From Microthyrium microscopicum (Eukaryota): a stretch of 64,000 nucleotides of DNA. The notes below the pieces were generated by a model that was given only the letters and a program-made list of their open reading frames with translations, was not told the origin of the DNA and made no database searches. A program made the translations under genes and the position numbers. Numbering within the stretch: position 1 is the first letter of the stretch; the number at the start of each line of letters is the position of its first letter. The stretch lies in contig MU004237.1 in NCBI GenBank assembly GCA_010405405.1, forward strand, positions 534,191 to 598,190. The letters are read 5' to 3'. Shown piece after piece: positions 14,022 through 27,500 of the stretch.

Positions 14022-16347
14022 ATGGATCGTAGCAATCCTCGCTCTCGCCATGGACGTCAGCAACCTCGAGATCCAGCTGTTCAAGTTGTTGAGGTTGAGG
14101 AGCCGGCCCCAGCTGCTACAGAAACTCAAGTTGTAGAAGAGACTGCTCCTCCACCCGCGGCCACAGAGCAAACACAGGCCGCTGCGGACCCACAGCAGCA
14201 CGTTGACCAGTACGAGAGTCAAGAAAAGCCAAAGCGAGCGAACCGTTGCAAATGGCTCTGCTGTGCTGCTTTGCTCGCAACCCTTCTTGGTCTCATCCTC
14301 TTCTGTGCCATTTTCTTTCCTCTCCGAAAAATGATAAAGAAAGGACTACAGAAGCCCAACCCACTCGACAATCACTACAATGAAGGCGGCATGCCATACA
14401 ACGATGGACGATACAATGAATGGTTTCACAACAAATGGTAAGTGTTTTGTGTATTCATTCGAGCCAACCACTGACTGATGATCTTTTCGTAGTGTCAAGG
14501 ACGGTCCCTTTTTTCCTGCCGTTCAGTCTTGGCTTGAAGTTGAATCAGACGAATTCCTTCGCGTGAACAAACTGAATGGCCTCACAGTTGTCATGGACTC
14601 GAACGAATGCTCCTGGGGAAGATCATTCAAGCTGCCTATCGACTGGCCAAATCCGCTTGCGACACCACAGCCAGATCTAATTGACCCGCCCAAGGCTCCC
14701 ACACCGGTCTCACAGGACATTTCTGCAGCCGCCCCAGCACCGATTTTGAGTACACCTGTCCCCACTCAGGTCATCCAAATTGTTGAAAGCCTTCCCGTTC
14801 AGCTCCCTGATCAGAAAATCACCCTTGTTCATCCTGATGAGATTCAATCGATTTTGAGCCATCCGGAGCAGTACTCCGTGGAGGAGGTCAGAAATGCCCT
14901 GCAGCAAGCGCTAGATGGCTTGGGAGAGACGAAATTTACCATAACGAAGCAAAATGTACCTCGGCAGCCTTCTGGTCTGAACATCTTCAATGATCCTGAC
15001 AAGCTTTTATCGATAATGAGCCATCTGGAGGATTACTCGGTTGAGGAGCTCAACGAACTAGTGCAGCAAATGGTGGATAGTTACCGAGAGATGGGGTTCA
15101 CCATATCAAAGCGAAAGAGCCTTCAGCAACCACTTGGGCTCTCAAACCCAGCCCAGTCTGATATCAGCGACCAGACTCTGGGCGATGAGTTGGAGGATGT
15201 CAAGCAGGATGTGGAGTTTGCCAAAGAGCAACAGGCGAGACTTGAGAAACTACTTGAGTTCTTAGAGGCAACCCGTTATGATACCAGCAACCAGCCTGAA
15301 GCCGACAAGATGGAGGATGCCGTACAACAGATGGAGTTCACCCTAGAGCAACAAATGAACCTTCAGCAACCGCTTCGGCTGCCGAATACAATCCAGTCTG
15401 GTACCAGCGATCAGCGCGAAGCCGACGAGCCGCAATCCTTCCGAGATGCTCGACCAATCCCCGGTCGACTCTCAAGACATAGCCGAGCTGCATCCATCAA
15501 AAGAGCCACCCCTGAAGGCGAAGAGCATCAACCACATACTGATGTAGTGCCGGCCTCATCTGTGAACAAACCTGCTCCAAGCTCGTGGCCTTTTGCCTTG
15601 CAAACAGATTTCGACCATTTCTTATGGAGATCAAAAGACGGACAGTTCAAGCTCGCCGTTCTTTCGCCGAAGAAGTCCTCGTCATCTACCGACTCGAAGA
15701 TATTCCAACTGTTCGCCAAGCGTCTTTACACAATACATGAGTCCAAAAGAATCATACAAGACCATGAGAAGATGCAAGACCGATATCTATGGAGCGGTTT
15801 TCATCGAACTCCAAAACTCCTGGACCGCGTGAAGCCAGCTGATTTGGACGAAATAGATGTTGAGGGCATTACGAGACCAAAAGACTCTCACAAGTGGGCT
15901 CTTACTTACAAACAGGTTAACGAGTCGGGAGATGTACTCAAGCAACTTACTCACTCGACCGACAAGCTTTCCGCATATGGCTTTGATCTCCTCGATAGTA
16001 AGTTCCAGCTCCCTAAATACTATCCGCTCGGCCGAGACTCTCCAGCATTCGGCATGCCCCTTCACACAGGCTACTTGCATCTATTTGGCAATGCTTGGCT
16101 CTCCACTGTCACCGCTGAAAGTGCATACCAACAAGACACGCTCCGTCAACAACTTGCTGGCCACCAGGGCAGTGAGCTCAAGATCGTCCATTTCTGGGAT
16201 CACCCTAAAGGCACAGCCGGAAACGTCAAAGACAAATCCTTGTATATCGTGCCTGATTTCAGAGATCCCGAGGCCATGTGGACACCTCCTGGCAATGCCA
16301 GTCAACACATCAAATACCCAATTTCCCGGGGTCTGCCTAAAGAGTAG
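14022..16347 (+). CDS. Orphan single-pass membrane protein with degenerate internal repeats
   Basis: ATG at 14022; hydrophobic segment WLCCAALLATLLGLILFCAIFFPL. Intron 14438-14492 (GTAAGT..CTGAC..TAG) joins in frame to the 594-aa ORF ending at TAG 16345-16347. No recognised family. Confidence 0.7.
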
Positions 16348-18083
16348 CAGTCCGTTCACGCAGATCCCGACTGGTCCAAAGAAGCGTTGGAGAAGGTTTT
16401 CAAAGTACCCACCGCAGCCACCGATTTGACCTTTGTGTAAAGAAACCGCTGCACCTATACATACATACCTCCTGTACCCTTCTTCTGTAGTCCTTGGTAA
16501 ATCAATCTAATTCTTAACCTCATTTCCGATTTGTTGTATCGTGACTTGTAGACTCACATCAGTGCGATAGCTACCCGTGCATGGTCTCCGACAATTCTTC
16601 GGTCATGCCAGCTCTTCCAAGGCTTCCAAAGATCATGGAGTTGTCACATCCATTGGCTTCTTACCTGATGGCTCCGCAAGTCTACGGCATTCGTCTTCTT
16701 TTCCTTGTCTTATGATCAGCCAGTCTCTGACTGTGCTAAAGCCTTAGTTGGCCCTGTCGTGGCCGTAAGACGTGACCTCGACTGATACGACCATTGGCTG
16801 TTGGCGAGCAATCATGCGACTATAATGATGAACGCCCTCATGTTGAGTGCAGTCATGTCGTCAGTGTTGCGCTCGTAATCCTGGACTAACAAGACTGTTG
16901 ATTTTGCAGGATGCTTCAGCATTGTTTACGATGGTTTCGTGAGGAGTTTTACAACTCAGATGGCTCAAAGGCTCCTTCTCATGTCCAAGACGATAGTAGG
17001 CATCTTCAAGGTCGCGCTGTACTTGGCCGTACATCTGTGTATTCTCTCATGCGTATTCTTCATTGAGCACAATGTTTTTTGCACCTCAAACCACGCGCTC
17101 ACCAATGGTGATGTGTGCGGCCACAACTCCGAGACATCACATGTACAAAATATTGGGACGTACATGTGTTCTTTTACCCATTTTTGAGTTGTACGTTCAA
17201 TGCTTAAACAGAGAATTTACAGAGCGAAATCGTCATGGCAAGTAGGTAGCACTGAGATCATGGTCGAAAAGCATCCCCGCGCCTCCCAGGAGAAATCCAA
17301 GTTTCCAGGACAGAAGCTTACAGCATATCATACAGGTAAAAGTTTTTCAAATGAAAGAAGAAGGATTGAAGTTGGACGAAAGTTGAGCTATCGACATACA
17401 TAAGCGCCCGCCACGTGATGACGCGTGTGGAGTTGCTTTTTGTGGCGCGTAATTGACGCGTGCCTAACTTATGCCATGCTGAAAATAGCATTATGGATCA
17501 TGGATTATTAGAACTTGTCTTGTTCAAGGACAAAGGTGGAATTCAGAGAGCGCATATTGGTTGATCTTCTCGTTGTTATACTGCTTTTTCACAGCTTGCG
17601 CATCTTTGACAGCGGGCTAGTTGTTTGATACTTCTACACAAGTAGCTTTGCCCCTTTTCCCCAAAAAGACATCGAGTACTTCGCCGCAACGCATTTAGAC
17701 TTCTTTTTTCCATCAACCTCAGCTCAAGCGTGAAAAGCTTTCAGTCCTTGGCCGACTACTAAAAAGACTTCACCCCCAAAGTCACACTAAACTCCAGTAT
17801 TAGCCTCTAAATTGCTGTGGTCAGTCCCTGCATAGTAAGCTCACCTTGGATTTTGCTCCATCTCACCAGCTAATGTGGGCGCAGTGGATGCTACATCAGC
17901 TCAACGAGCGAGACGTTTAAGAGACTTTATAGAACGGGCTCGGCATCTGCCTAGAGTTACATTTTAAATCATTCGAGCAGGAGCGATTCTGATTGAGAAC
18001 AACCAAACTCAAAATCAAAGATCTCGTTCTTCTTACCATAAGCATCGCCAATACCTTGAGCGGTATCAGTTTTGCTGGCCATC

Positions 18084-19065
18084 ATGAGCGCCTTGTGAGT
18101 ATCGGGTTCTCTGACAACATACAAATAACTCTAATCATCGTGGCAGACCTCCTAGACTTGATCCGATAAATGCGGATTATTTGATCATTGGTTATGTCAA
18201 CGCAAGCCATCACCAATACGCAAATAAATCCATTCGACTTCAGTGCTACCGTCCTGGGTACACCGCAAAATATGGTCGAGGCGAGCTCAGTCTTCAAGGC
18301 CTAGATTCTCATCACTGGGTGCACCAGGAAGTCGATTTCGAAAGAGATGTCAGCTGGTGCGCAGGCTGTCATCTTCCATCGCCAAATGTCACTAAGCGCA
18401 TGCTACCAGCCGGCACAATCCTCGCCGCACGACAGCGTCGAGCACAGAAAATGAGAGCGGCCAGAATATGGTCAAGACTCACGAAAAAGGAAAACCACGT
18501 CGAACTTCCCAACAGCCCACACACTTTCGAAGAGGAGCAAAAGTGGGAACAAGAGCAAAGAACAGATCCGGAGGCCAACAGATTCGCCCCTGGCCCTGTG
18601 AAGAAAGCGGAAGGCGGGGATGTAGACGACAGTACGCATAGTGTCATGAGCAACAACGACGACCATCCTAAGAAGACAGGCAGTGTACGGAAGAGAAAGA
18701 ACTCGAACGCCAGCAGCGCCAGCATAAAGAAGGCTCGTGCTCCGTCTACTCATCGCTCCATATATGATCTCGCCGCAGGCGAGCGTCAGGATCCCGGCGA
18801 CCTCCGTCGTTCTCTGGCAGTCAGTCCGGTTACCGTCGAATCAGCACCGACGAAAGTAGTCGCATATAGACTGCCTCCATCACTTCTACAACAGTTCGAT
18901 CACACCAGTGGGGCGCATAATCATCCAATCCAACGTGCATCGGATGGGCGCGAGATACTCCCATATGATCGATTCGACATTGAGCTCCGGTATCCAAAGG
19001 GGACTTCGCCTGGCTCTCAGCTCGGCGGAATAGATCCATCACGGTGGTTTGCAGAGTTCAATTGA
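18084..19065 (+). CDS. Hypothetical protein, possibly nuclear (RKRK...KKAR)
   Basis: ATG at 18084 (MSAL) and intron 18095-18146 (GTGAGT..CTAAT..CAG) splice in frame into the 294-aa ORF. Another intron lies in the 5' UTR (~17836-17884). Confidence 0.65.
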
Positions 19066-20435
19066 GGCGGAACGCTGGCGTTTTATTGTTTACCTAGAGA
19101 CGGTATTCTCAGAGAACAACAGGTTGTTAATTTTGTTATATAGATATTGGATACCCCCAAAAATAGGTAGTTATAATTCACCACATTCGGTCGATATATG
19201 TGCACTTCTCGCGGGCAAAGGAAGCTAATGCAGCATTTTGCCGTCGCTTGACTCCATATATAGACAACAAATTATCGGGGGAAATTTGTTGATAACCGCT
19301 TAACTGTCGAGTTTTCCGTCTTCAAACAACTGCATTCTTTATGTCATCGAAATTTGATGATGTTAGAATGCCAAAAGTCAAGGCATCTTCTACCAAGTTT
19401 GAAGGGAGTCCATAGTGCAGCCATTGATCCTCATTTTCTGGCCAGGCGCGTTATGTCTAGGATTGAACAAGCCAGAGTCGCGCCGCGCTTTGGGGACAAA
19501 TGAATATGTGTGGTCCTAAGAGTAAAGCATGATATAGAAGTCATCGATCGACTGCCACGCAAGAAGAAGAAACCCCTTCATCAAATTCGTCTTTTTATCT
19601 TATTTTTGTTTTGACTATAGACATCCTCCTGTTGTTACTAGAATACTCTCAATCTTTATATCATAAATGTCCCGTTTTCAAAGAAGATAGAATCTATCTT
19701 ATCATATAAAGCATTATGAACGAGTAATGTGTCAGTGAATGCGGTGCGAGAGCGAGTCTGCGATACGAACGCGAGCTTGTTCAAGGCCAGATCATTAGCC
19801 ACGTCCAAGCGTCGTTTTGGTATTTGCCCTGGACTCACATCTGATTCTAAGGTCATATATACTGTGAGGACAAACTACGTATCTTATCATATTTCAGCTT
19901 AGGCATCTAGGCAAATGATGGGCGGCTGTGAGGGCGTTTCACATCTAGAATATACTTTTGCCTGTTAGGATTAAACACATGAATCGATCTATGGCGAGTT
20001 GAAATGGTAGATACTAAGCATTCACGTTAGGTATTCATGCTGAAGTAGTCCGGCTAGACACAGGTCTCGGTCCAAACCCTACGGCGTTTTGTTGCATACA
20101 ACGGCCCTATAGTTAAAATATCTTTTCCGTGGGCCTAGAACAACTGAGCTCAACAAACGAATTGTAGACGACTTTTAATTTATTTATATGACCGTGAGTT
20201 GTACCTGAGTCGTCGCTTATGCGTCCAACTCCAGCCTTGACCGGGAAAGAGTACTTATTCTTCCAGGTTAACCGGAGCTTTGACAGATTTCGCTTCCTCC
20301 TTTAGAGGCGACGATGGCAAATACTTACCTTCTTGGAATATCTTCGTAGGTCAAGATCGTTTTGGCACAGGACAAGCCATCAATCAAAATCCTCAGCTAC
20401 CTAGATTTGGGCGATAATCACTGCCACCAGTATCT

Positions 20436-22474
20436 ATGACAATGGCTAGCTTTCACGTTATATACCAAGCACTGGCCATTTGGACCCTGATCATCTCTCT
20501 ATGTGGCGCCAAACCCACCACCGCAGCGTCAGAGACCTGCGATGAAATTGCCAAAGCCATAAACAACAACGTAGGATATCCAGGGGAGCCAGGTTACGAC
20601 AAAGAAAACAGGGACTATTACAACAGCGGACTGTCAGCATTAGGACCAGCTTGTATCGCCTTTCCAACTTCTGCCGAAGATGTCTCCAGTATTGTCAAGA
20701 TTCTTGGGAAGCGAGAAGGTGTTCCATTTGCCGTCAAGAGTGGTGGACACTCGCCAAATCCTGGTCATTCCAGCGTGAGTGGTGGCGTTTTAATTGCCCT
20801 CAGAGAAATCAAAGGAACCAAATTCGATAAGGCTAAATCTATTGCTTATGTCAAACCTGGTGGCCATTGGTGGGATGTTATGAAAGCACTTAACGGGACA
20901 GGTCAAATGATTGTTGGTGGTCGCTTGGGAGTTGTTGGTATTGGTGGGTACCTTCTACAAGGCGGAGTGTCTTTCTTGAGCGGACAGTATGGATTGGCAG
21001 CGGATGTAGGTGGCTTAGTTGGACAGTCTTCGTAACGGCTTGCTAATACGGCCCAGAATATTGTCGAGTATGAGACAGTTCTTGCCAACGGATCAATTGT
21101 CAATATCAATCAAGAACGACACAAAGATCTTATGACAGCAATGCGAGGAAGCGGATCACAATTTGGTAACGAAACACCTCAGTCATGAACAATAATTTAG
21201 ACTACCTAGGAAACTGATTAGTTTTGCAGGAATCGTGACAAAATTTGCGCTCAAAACTTATCCTGTATCCAAATACTGGGTGGGACTACGAACTTACAAT
21301 TGTACGCGCGAACAATACCTTGAGGCTTTGCAGGATTTTATGGCCAATCTTGCAAATCACCCAAAAGCATCGACACTTCTCCCTGGTGGCTCTCCGGGTT
21401 TGGGCAATAACGCACTTCTGGGTAGCATCTTTAAAGGTCTTGGAAGTTTGAGCTCATTGGCAGAAACTTTTGGCAGCAAGCCTAAAGATGTACCCAAAGT
21501 CCAACGAGATTCTACTAAGAGTCAGGATATGATGGCGATAGAAAGCATAATGGGCACATTCTTCGGCACTCATCTGTTCGACTATGAAAAGGCTGGCGCT
21601 CAAAACTATATGGACCGTAGCGCTGCAAACTCCACACCATCCCTTTTCCCTGTTCCACTGCTCTATGACGGTTGCAAGCCACCATCCGACGCTTTCGGAA
21701 AGAAATTCGCACAGCTTCCGATGATATCAGAAGTTGGCAGTATAGTTGACTATGCGACAACTGTTAGTGCACCAAGTCATTAATTGAAAGTCCCGCTAAC
21801 ATCTATTCAGATTTCTGTGTCTAATCAGATATTCGAATACTTCTCGACTCCTACTTCATTCAGAGTATGATCCGCTTCCACCTCCAAGTGCAAGCTAACT
21901 TGATATGACAGACATTCACCTTGCCCATAATACCTCACAGACCATATTTCATTGGTGAAGTGGAAGACCTCTTCTATAATGTCTCCATGTCCTGGCTCCC
22001 CAAGCTCAAGAGCATAGGATCGCTGGGCTTGGTTTATCAACCATTCCCACATTCTTTCGGAAAACACGCCGAAGCAAGCGGAGGTAATGCAATGGGACTC
22101 AAAGGGAGTGATCATGATCGTTTTGTACTCGAAATTCCAGGAGTCTACATTAGCAGCGCTGATGCGCCAACAATGCAAGCCTGGGGTAAAGATTTCACAG
22201 ATCGTTTAGCAGCGCTCGTGAAAGACATCACTGTAAGGATTATATTTCACACTTGTATGACGCATTACCTGACGTTTCCCAGGTGAAATCGAAAGCCGAG
22301 GGCAAAATTGTTGGAGAATACAATCCGCTGTTTATGAACGATGCCGGTACGGATCAAGAAGTTATTGGAAGCTATCGTGACTCTCAAAAGTTCGCTGCGC
22401 TTCAAAAAGAAGTTGATCCTTCTGGCCTCTTCGCGAAGAGAGCAGGCGGTTACAAGTTTGCAACTTTAGTTTAG
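20436..22474 (+). CDS. Secreted FAD-linked oxidoreductase (BBE/VAO-type, FAD_binding_4)
   Basis: Signal peptide; PACIAFPTSAEDVS; FAVKSGGHSPN (covalent-FAD His); VGGRLGVVGIGGYLLQGGVSFLSGQYGLAADNIVEYETVLANG; MRGSGSQFGIVTKF; C-terminal FMNDAG...QKEVDPSGLF. Five GT..AG introns restore the frame. Confidence 0.92.
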
Positions 22475-22719
22475 CAAAGATAGAGTATAGATTATACAAA
22501 TAATGCATTAGACTCATTTTTATTACCGACCGTTTGTCCATTTGTTATCATATTCAGAAGCAATTTTCAAGACTATGAGAATCATTATTCAGAGCGTCGT
22601 AATCATGGCATAAGCCGGAATTGTCATTCTCTCCAAGAATGTTGGAGCTATCATAAAAGGGGCATATACTGACATAACGACATTGACCTTCGAAGCCTAA
22701 ATCCAGAGTCTCAATCCCA

Positions 22720-24570
22720 TCAAAAGTTAATCTCTGGCGTACGCGACTTGTACAGTATTTCCGCATTCTGATCCAGAACTCTTTCATTGGACTCGGGAAG
22801 TGGATTTGCTGGTCGGCCATCGATAAATTTCCAGTCGAACTTCATCAACAAGTGTGCAAAAATAAGTTTGATCTCGTTACTCGCAAAGAACCGTCCTGGA
22901 CAAGAATGCTGGCCATGGCCAAAACCAGCGTGTTCAGAGCTTGTAGTCACAAATTGGTATTTGTTGGCATTCCCAGGCTGGTTTCGGAGGTTGAGGAATC
23001 TCCGTCCATCGAATTGGTCTGCTTGTGGATAATATTCTTCAGACTGCATATGCAAGCTTGGGAAGAATACCCGTGTTCGCTTGGGGATGACTGTGCCGTC
23101 TTCAAGCGTTACAGCGTTCTTAGCATATCGAGTGATGAAGACTGAATTTGGCTGTTAGCTTTAATTCAAGCAGCGCGCATAAGAAACTTACGATTGCTGA
23201 GCACATTGAGTCTTTGGCTTTCTTTCATCACGCTGTCCATCAGTTTCAACTTGTACAAGGTCGTCTTTTGCCAGCTGCCATCTTCGGTATAAGCGTCAAT
23301 GATCTCTTGTCGCAGTTCTGGAATCAGTTCTGAGTGTTCTATAACATCATACATGAGGTGTCCTAATGTATTTGAGGTTGTGTGAATGGCAGCAAAGGTC
23401 AGAGAGAGCTGAGCACCAACATAGTCGTAATTAGGATCGCTTTTAACCACATCATCCAGCCAGTCTATCGTGTCCAATTGCTTGGGTATCTTCTCTCCTT
23501 TGGCCAATGCCGCTGCACGATTTGCTCTGCGTTTGTCAACTTCTGGCTGGATGATCCTTCTCGCTAGATTGTTGGTTCTTTCGAGGCGTTTGACTGGAGG
23601 TAAAAACGGATATACAATGGGTCGCAGTATAGAAGGGGTAAATCGCATGGCGTAAGATGCAATCATGGTGTCGATCGTAAAGTCTTTGCCGACTCTTATC
23701 CATTCGGCGTCTCGGCATAGAGGCGCACCCAGGAAAATTCTGGAAGAGACTTGAGAAATAAGTGAAGTGAGCTCATCAACGAATTTGGTTCGGGTCCAAT
23801 CTGCAAACGTTGTCAGCCAATTTTCTCGCAATAATTCAGGGTATTGACCTTTTGTAGCCGGCCAACGCTCAGGAATGGCAATATTATTTTCTTCATTAAC
23901 CTAGACCGTAATAAGAAGTGAAATCTTAACACAAGGCAGGACACTATACCGGTTCCGTTATCAATGCTTAAAGAAATTAGCAGGCGTTTTCCAAGACATC
24001 AGGTTGGATGATCTTACCAAGACTAGGAGTGAGCTTCTTGTTGATCATAGTCTGAAGACTGTTTGATGTAGCCGATACTCTCATGGGTTTGAACGCAGGA
24101 TAGCTTGGGAAAAAGTCCTAGAGTTCGCTGTGAGCTATCGTCCAGAGTGTATTATTTTTTTGAGATTACCTGTAACGCTGCACCGGTCATATCAAGATCA
24201 GGATTGTTCCGGATTTGATCGAATTGCTCAATTGGAAGAACAAGTGCCGGGCCAGAGTGATATGGAATTTGAAATGGCTTGTTTTTGAACTTGAATTGTT
24301 AGATGTGCTCGAAACGATTACTAAATGACATACTTGCTTAAAAGCAGCTTCCACAGCACTACGTCCTCGGATGGCAAAGGTCATCTTCGACTTGAAGTTG
24401 AACAGGTCAACCTTTTCTTGGCCAATGATAGGAAATCCTCCCGCAACGGGAGTGGACTCCTTCCATAGGGTAAAAATGGCATGAGCAAGAAGCAATGCAA
24501 AAATACCAAACCCTGTGAGAAGGACAGTTTGTAGGGTGATACCAGGAAGGATATCTGCCTTGAGCAGCAT
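22720..24570 (-). CDS. Cytochrome P450 monooxygenase (ent-kaurene-oxidase-like fungal tailoring P450)
   Basis: N-terminal TM anchor, I-helix FAAIHTTS, K-helix ExxR (KESQRLN), FDGRRF and heme motif FGHGQHSCPGRFFASNEIK. Multi-exon, including a 17-nt microexon at 23950-23966. Confidence 0.93.
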
Positions 24571-27500
24571 GATGGAAGTAGATATGGTAGTTTTGTGATG
24601 CACTTGAATAGTTGAATTGTTCAAATAGCCGGGTGCGACCCAACATCAATGGCTAATGGCTATCTTATATAGAAATTACATCAAACGTCCCCGCTTCCCA
24701 GTGGAATGGTAGAGCCAAGTTTTAGGTCTCAATTGGCATCGAATTAAGAACTACTTTGCCCTCGAGGATCGTCCCGGTGCCGTTTGCTTGAGCATATTAT
24801 CCGTCCCGAGTGGTCGTGTACAAACTCTTCCGGATGTAATGTGGTTGTGAGCCGGATTGAGCAAGCAGTGAGAAAATGAGAGAATTGGTCGGCAAGGTCA
24901 ATATCCGGGGCCGAGAGACCATAACTTGGGGTTGGGAACACAAGAACTTGAAAAGAGCATCATTCATGTAGATCCTCCACCTGATGAACCTGGGAAAGAC
25001 TTCGAATATGTACACTTCTCCCGGGTAAACATCATTGCCAATCTTGCCAATAAGTGCGGTTACAGGACGTCGGGGCAAAGTTTAAATCCCGCTAATAATG
25101 CAAGACCTCGTTAATCTCTTGTGCTCATGATAATTGTCTCATTCTGCTTCTGACATACCTGTGATATTGTAGTTTAGAACACTCAAAAGAACTGCTCTCG
25201 GCTCTCGGATTGCTTTGATTATTTACGCGAATGCGAAAATGTTGACACTAAAGTACAACTACACGACGGTTTGAAACATCCCATTCCCGATCATGGTAAG
25301 AAAAACATTTGTGAGCCCTCCAAGATCTGCCATGATGATACTTCACGGGGTAAACAATCAATTCTATTGGAACAGATCTCGTTGAAGTCAATATGTTCTT
25401 GATAGGAAGTAGGATCCCAAAGTTACCGATTAGCAAGTATAAAGTGGCATAGAGACGGCTGATAGATCTTATAGACAAGGTTTACAATTCCAAGCAGAAA
25501 TCGTTACCGGTAGTTAGATTCATTTGATGGAAATCAGTGTTTAGAATTATCAATCATTCGGCCTTGGAGTTTTGTAAGATACCACCATAATCTGGTCGAG
25601 TAAATAGCAATGTTGGATACGTACTGTTTACATCCTAGTTCAAATTGTTACCAGAACCTGGCTTAGATTCTAGTGATAAGCCCACATGTTTATTCCAAAT
25701 CCACGTTAGGAGATTAATATCAGCTGCTTGAGCCTATGGCGCAAATGCACGAGATTCAATGGAATTTCGAGAAAGATTATTCCTGAATATTCAGGTCAGC
25801 CAGGATCTTAGAAAATGATCCGATCTTATGGCGAATCGTATAATTTCCGATCCGTTGTTTTCCAGTCCTATTCCGAGATCATTGGCTGTTATTGAGTTTG
25901 TTGATTGAAGTCTCAGCCACCAGGTGTGCTAACCTGGAGCGATGGATTCGAGAATCACACTGATGAAACGTGAGGCGGGAGTAGCACAATTTCTTGGGAG
26001 ACGTGGAACTGGAATTATCTTAAAATTTAGTGCGATAAGAGTAGGATTAGTCAGATGGCTATTGCTCAAATGACAATCGAAGTGCAAGACTGTATATGTG
26101 CATCTTATGAATTGTAAGAGAAGATCAAACGATCAAGACTTGCGAGATGCTCATGGAAAAATAAACTTCAAAGGTCTCTGCGTTGGTATTCAAACTTGAA
26201 CTCTCACAACAACAACAACTTAGCTCCACGAGATAGGTATACAATTGAGCTGTTTCGATTCCCGACTATAAGGTTGCTGATCGTCGGCACTAACTAATCG
26301 GAGCTTTTCTTGGTGGGCTAGAAAACCGAAAGATCGTGTCCAATCTGCTCAACCCACTCCATAACTCCCCCAATCTGCACTACTCCGTGATGATGCGGCA
26401 AAATACGCCTCATAAGTCCATTGAGACCGCGAGGCCAGTCAAGCTTGGAACGATGTTATGGAGATCAAATCGTCGCCTCAAGCAAAAGCAACTAAGACAT
26501 AATATACGTGATAGTATCGATTGAATTGGAGCAATTTTTTGACTGGAGACATCAACTCGGAGCTGCTGATATAAGACAGCACAAGTATGTATGCAACGTT
26601 ATTGCTGACAAGTACACCGAGCATAGCAAGTAGTTGATCGTTTGAGATGTCAAAAAGATGTTGCTTTTTTCTTTTCCACGCGGCTGAAAGGATCAACGAT
26701 GCAGGAACTTCCAGGAAGACCCCTCAACTACAAAAACAAATCAGGGAAAATAGCTGTTGGAACTCAGGGGTAGAAAGGAACCCTTTAGTTTCCGCGCCGC
26801 GCTCCCGTACGGAGAAGCCATAAATTTACCGTCTTTACCACATGCCCACACTAAAATCCATGAAATGTTGGGGAAAGCCTGCCGCAATCCTGGTCCAGAC
26901 GATGAGTGGGTTGAAGAGGATTCAGCCTGTCATACCGCGATGCGGCATATCGATAACCATTGTTATGCACGTCTTTCCCTGAGTTTGAAAACGGAACAGC
27001 CTTTGACACAGAAGAAATACAAATCGGGGGCATACCAATTCTGGAAGGCAAACAACTGTAACTCGGCTGTAACTTGTTTTTATACATGTCTTTTGAAGCG
27101 ACGTTCGGCAATTGGTGAACAAGGAATATTGAACCAGGACACCCAGCAATAACGTTGGGCCGTTGAGGTTTTCATGTTTCTCCTTACAGGGAGGTTTTAA
27201 CGAGATAAGGGGAGGAAACGAGATGACATGCTTTAAAGCCAGAGGTATGATTTCCAATTGATCATGTCTATGACATTGCTCTGGTCAATAATCAAGTACA
27301 CTCAAAGTTATCACACTAATTGATGGTGTGAAGTTGTCTGGGACCGAAGTCATCCAGGTACCGCTATAACGAGTGCTTGACAAATTGCTTTAGCATCCTC
27401 TCCCTTTCTAGCAAGAAGGGAGGGTATGCATATGTTTTTGATGCATGAAGGCGGGGAAAGATGCACAAATGCCACGTTCAATCCCATGAGCGACAAACTC

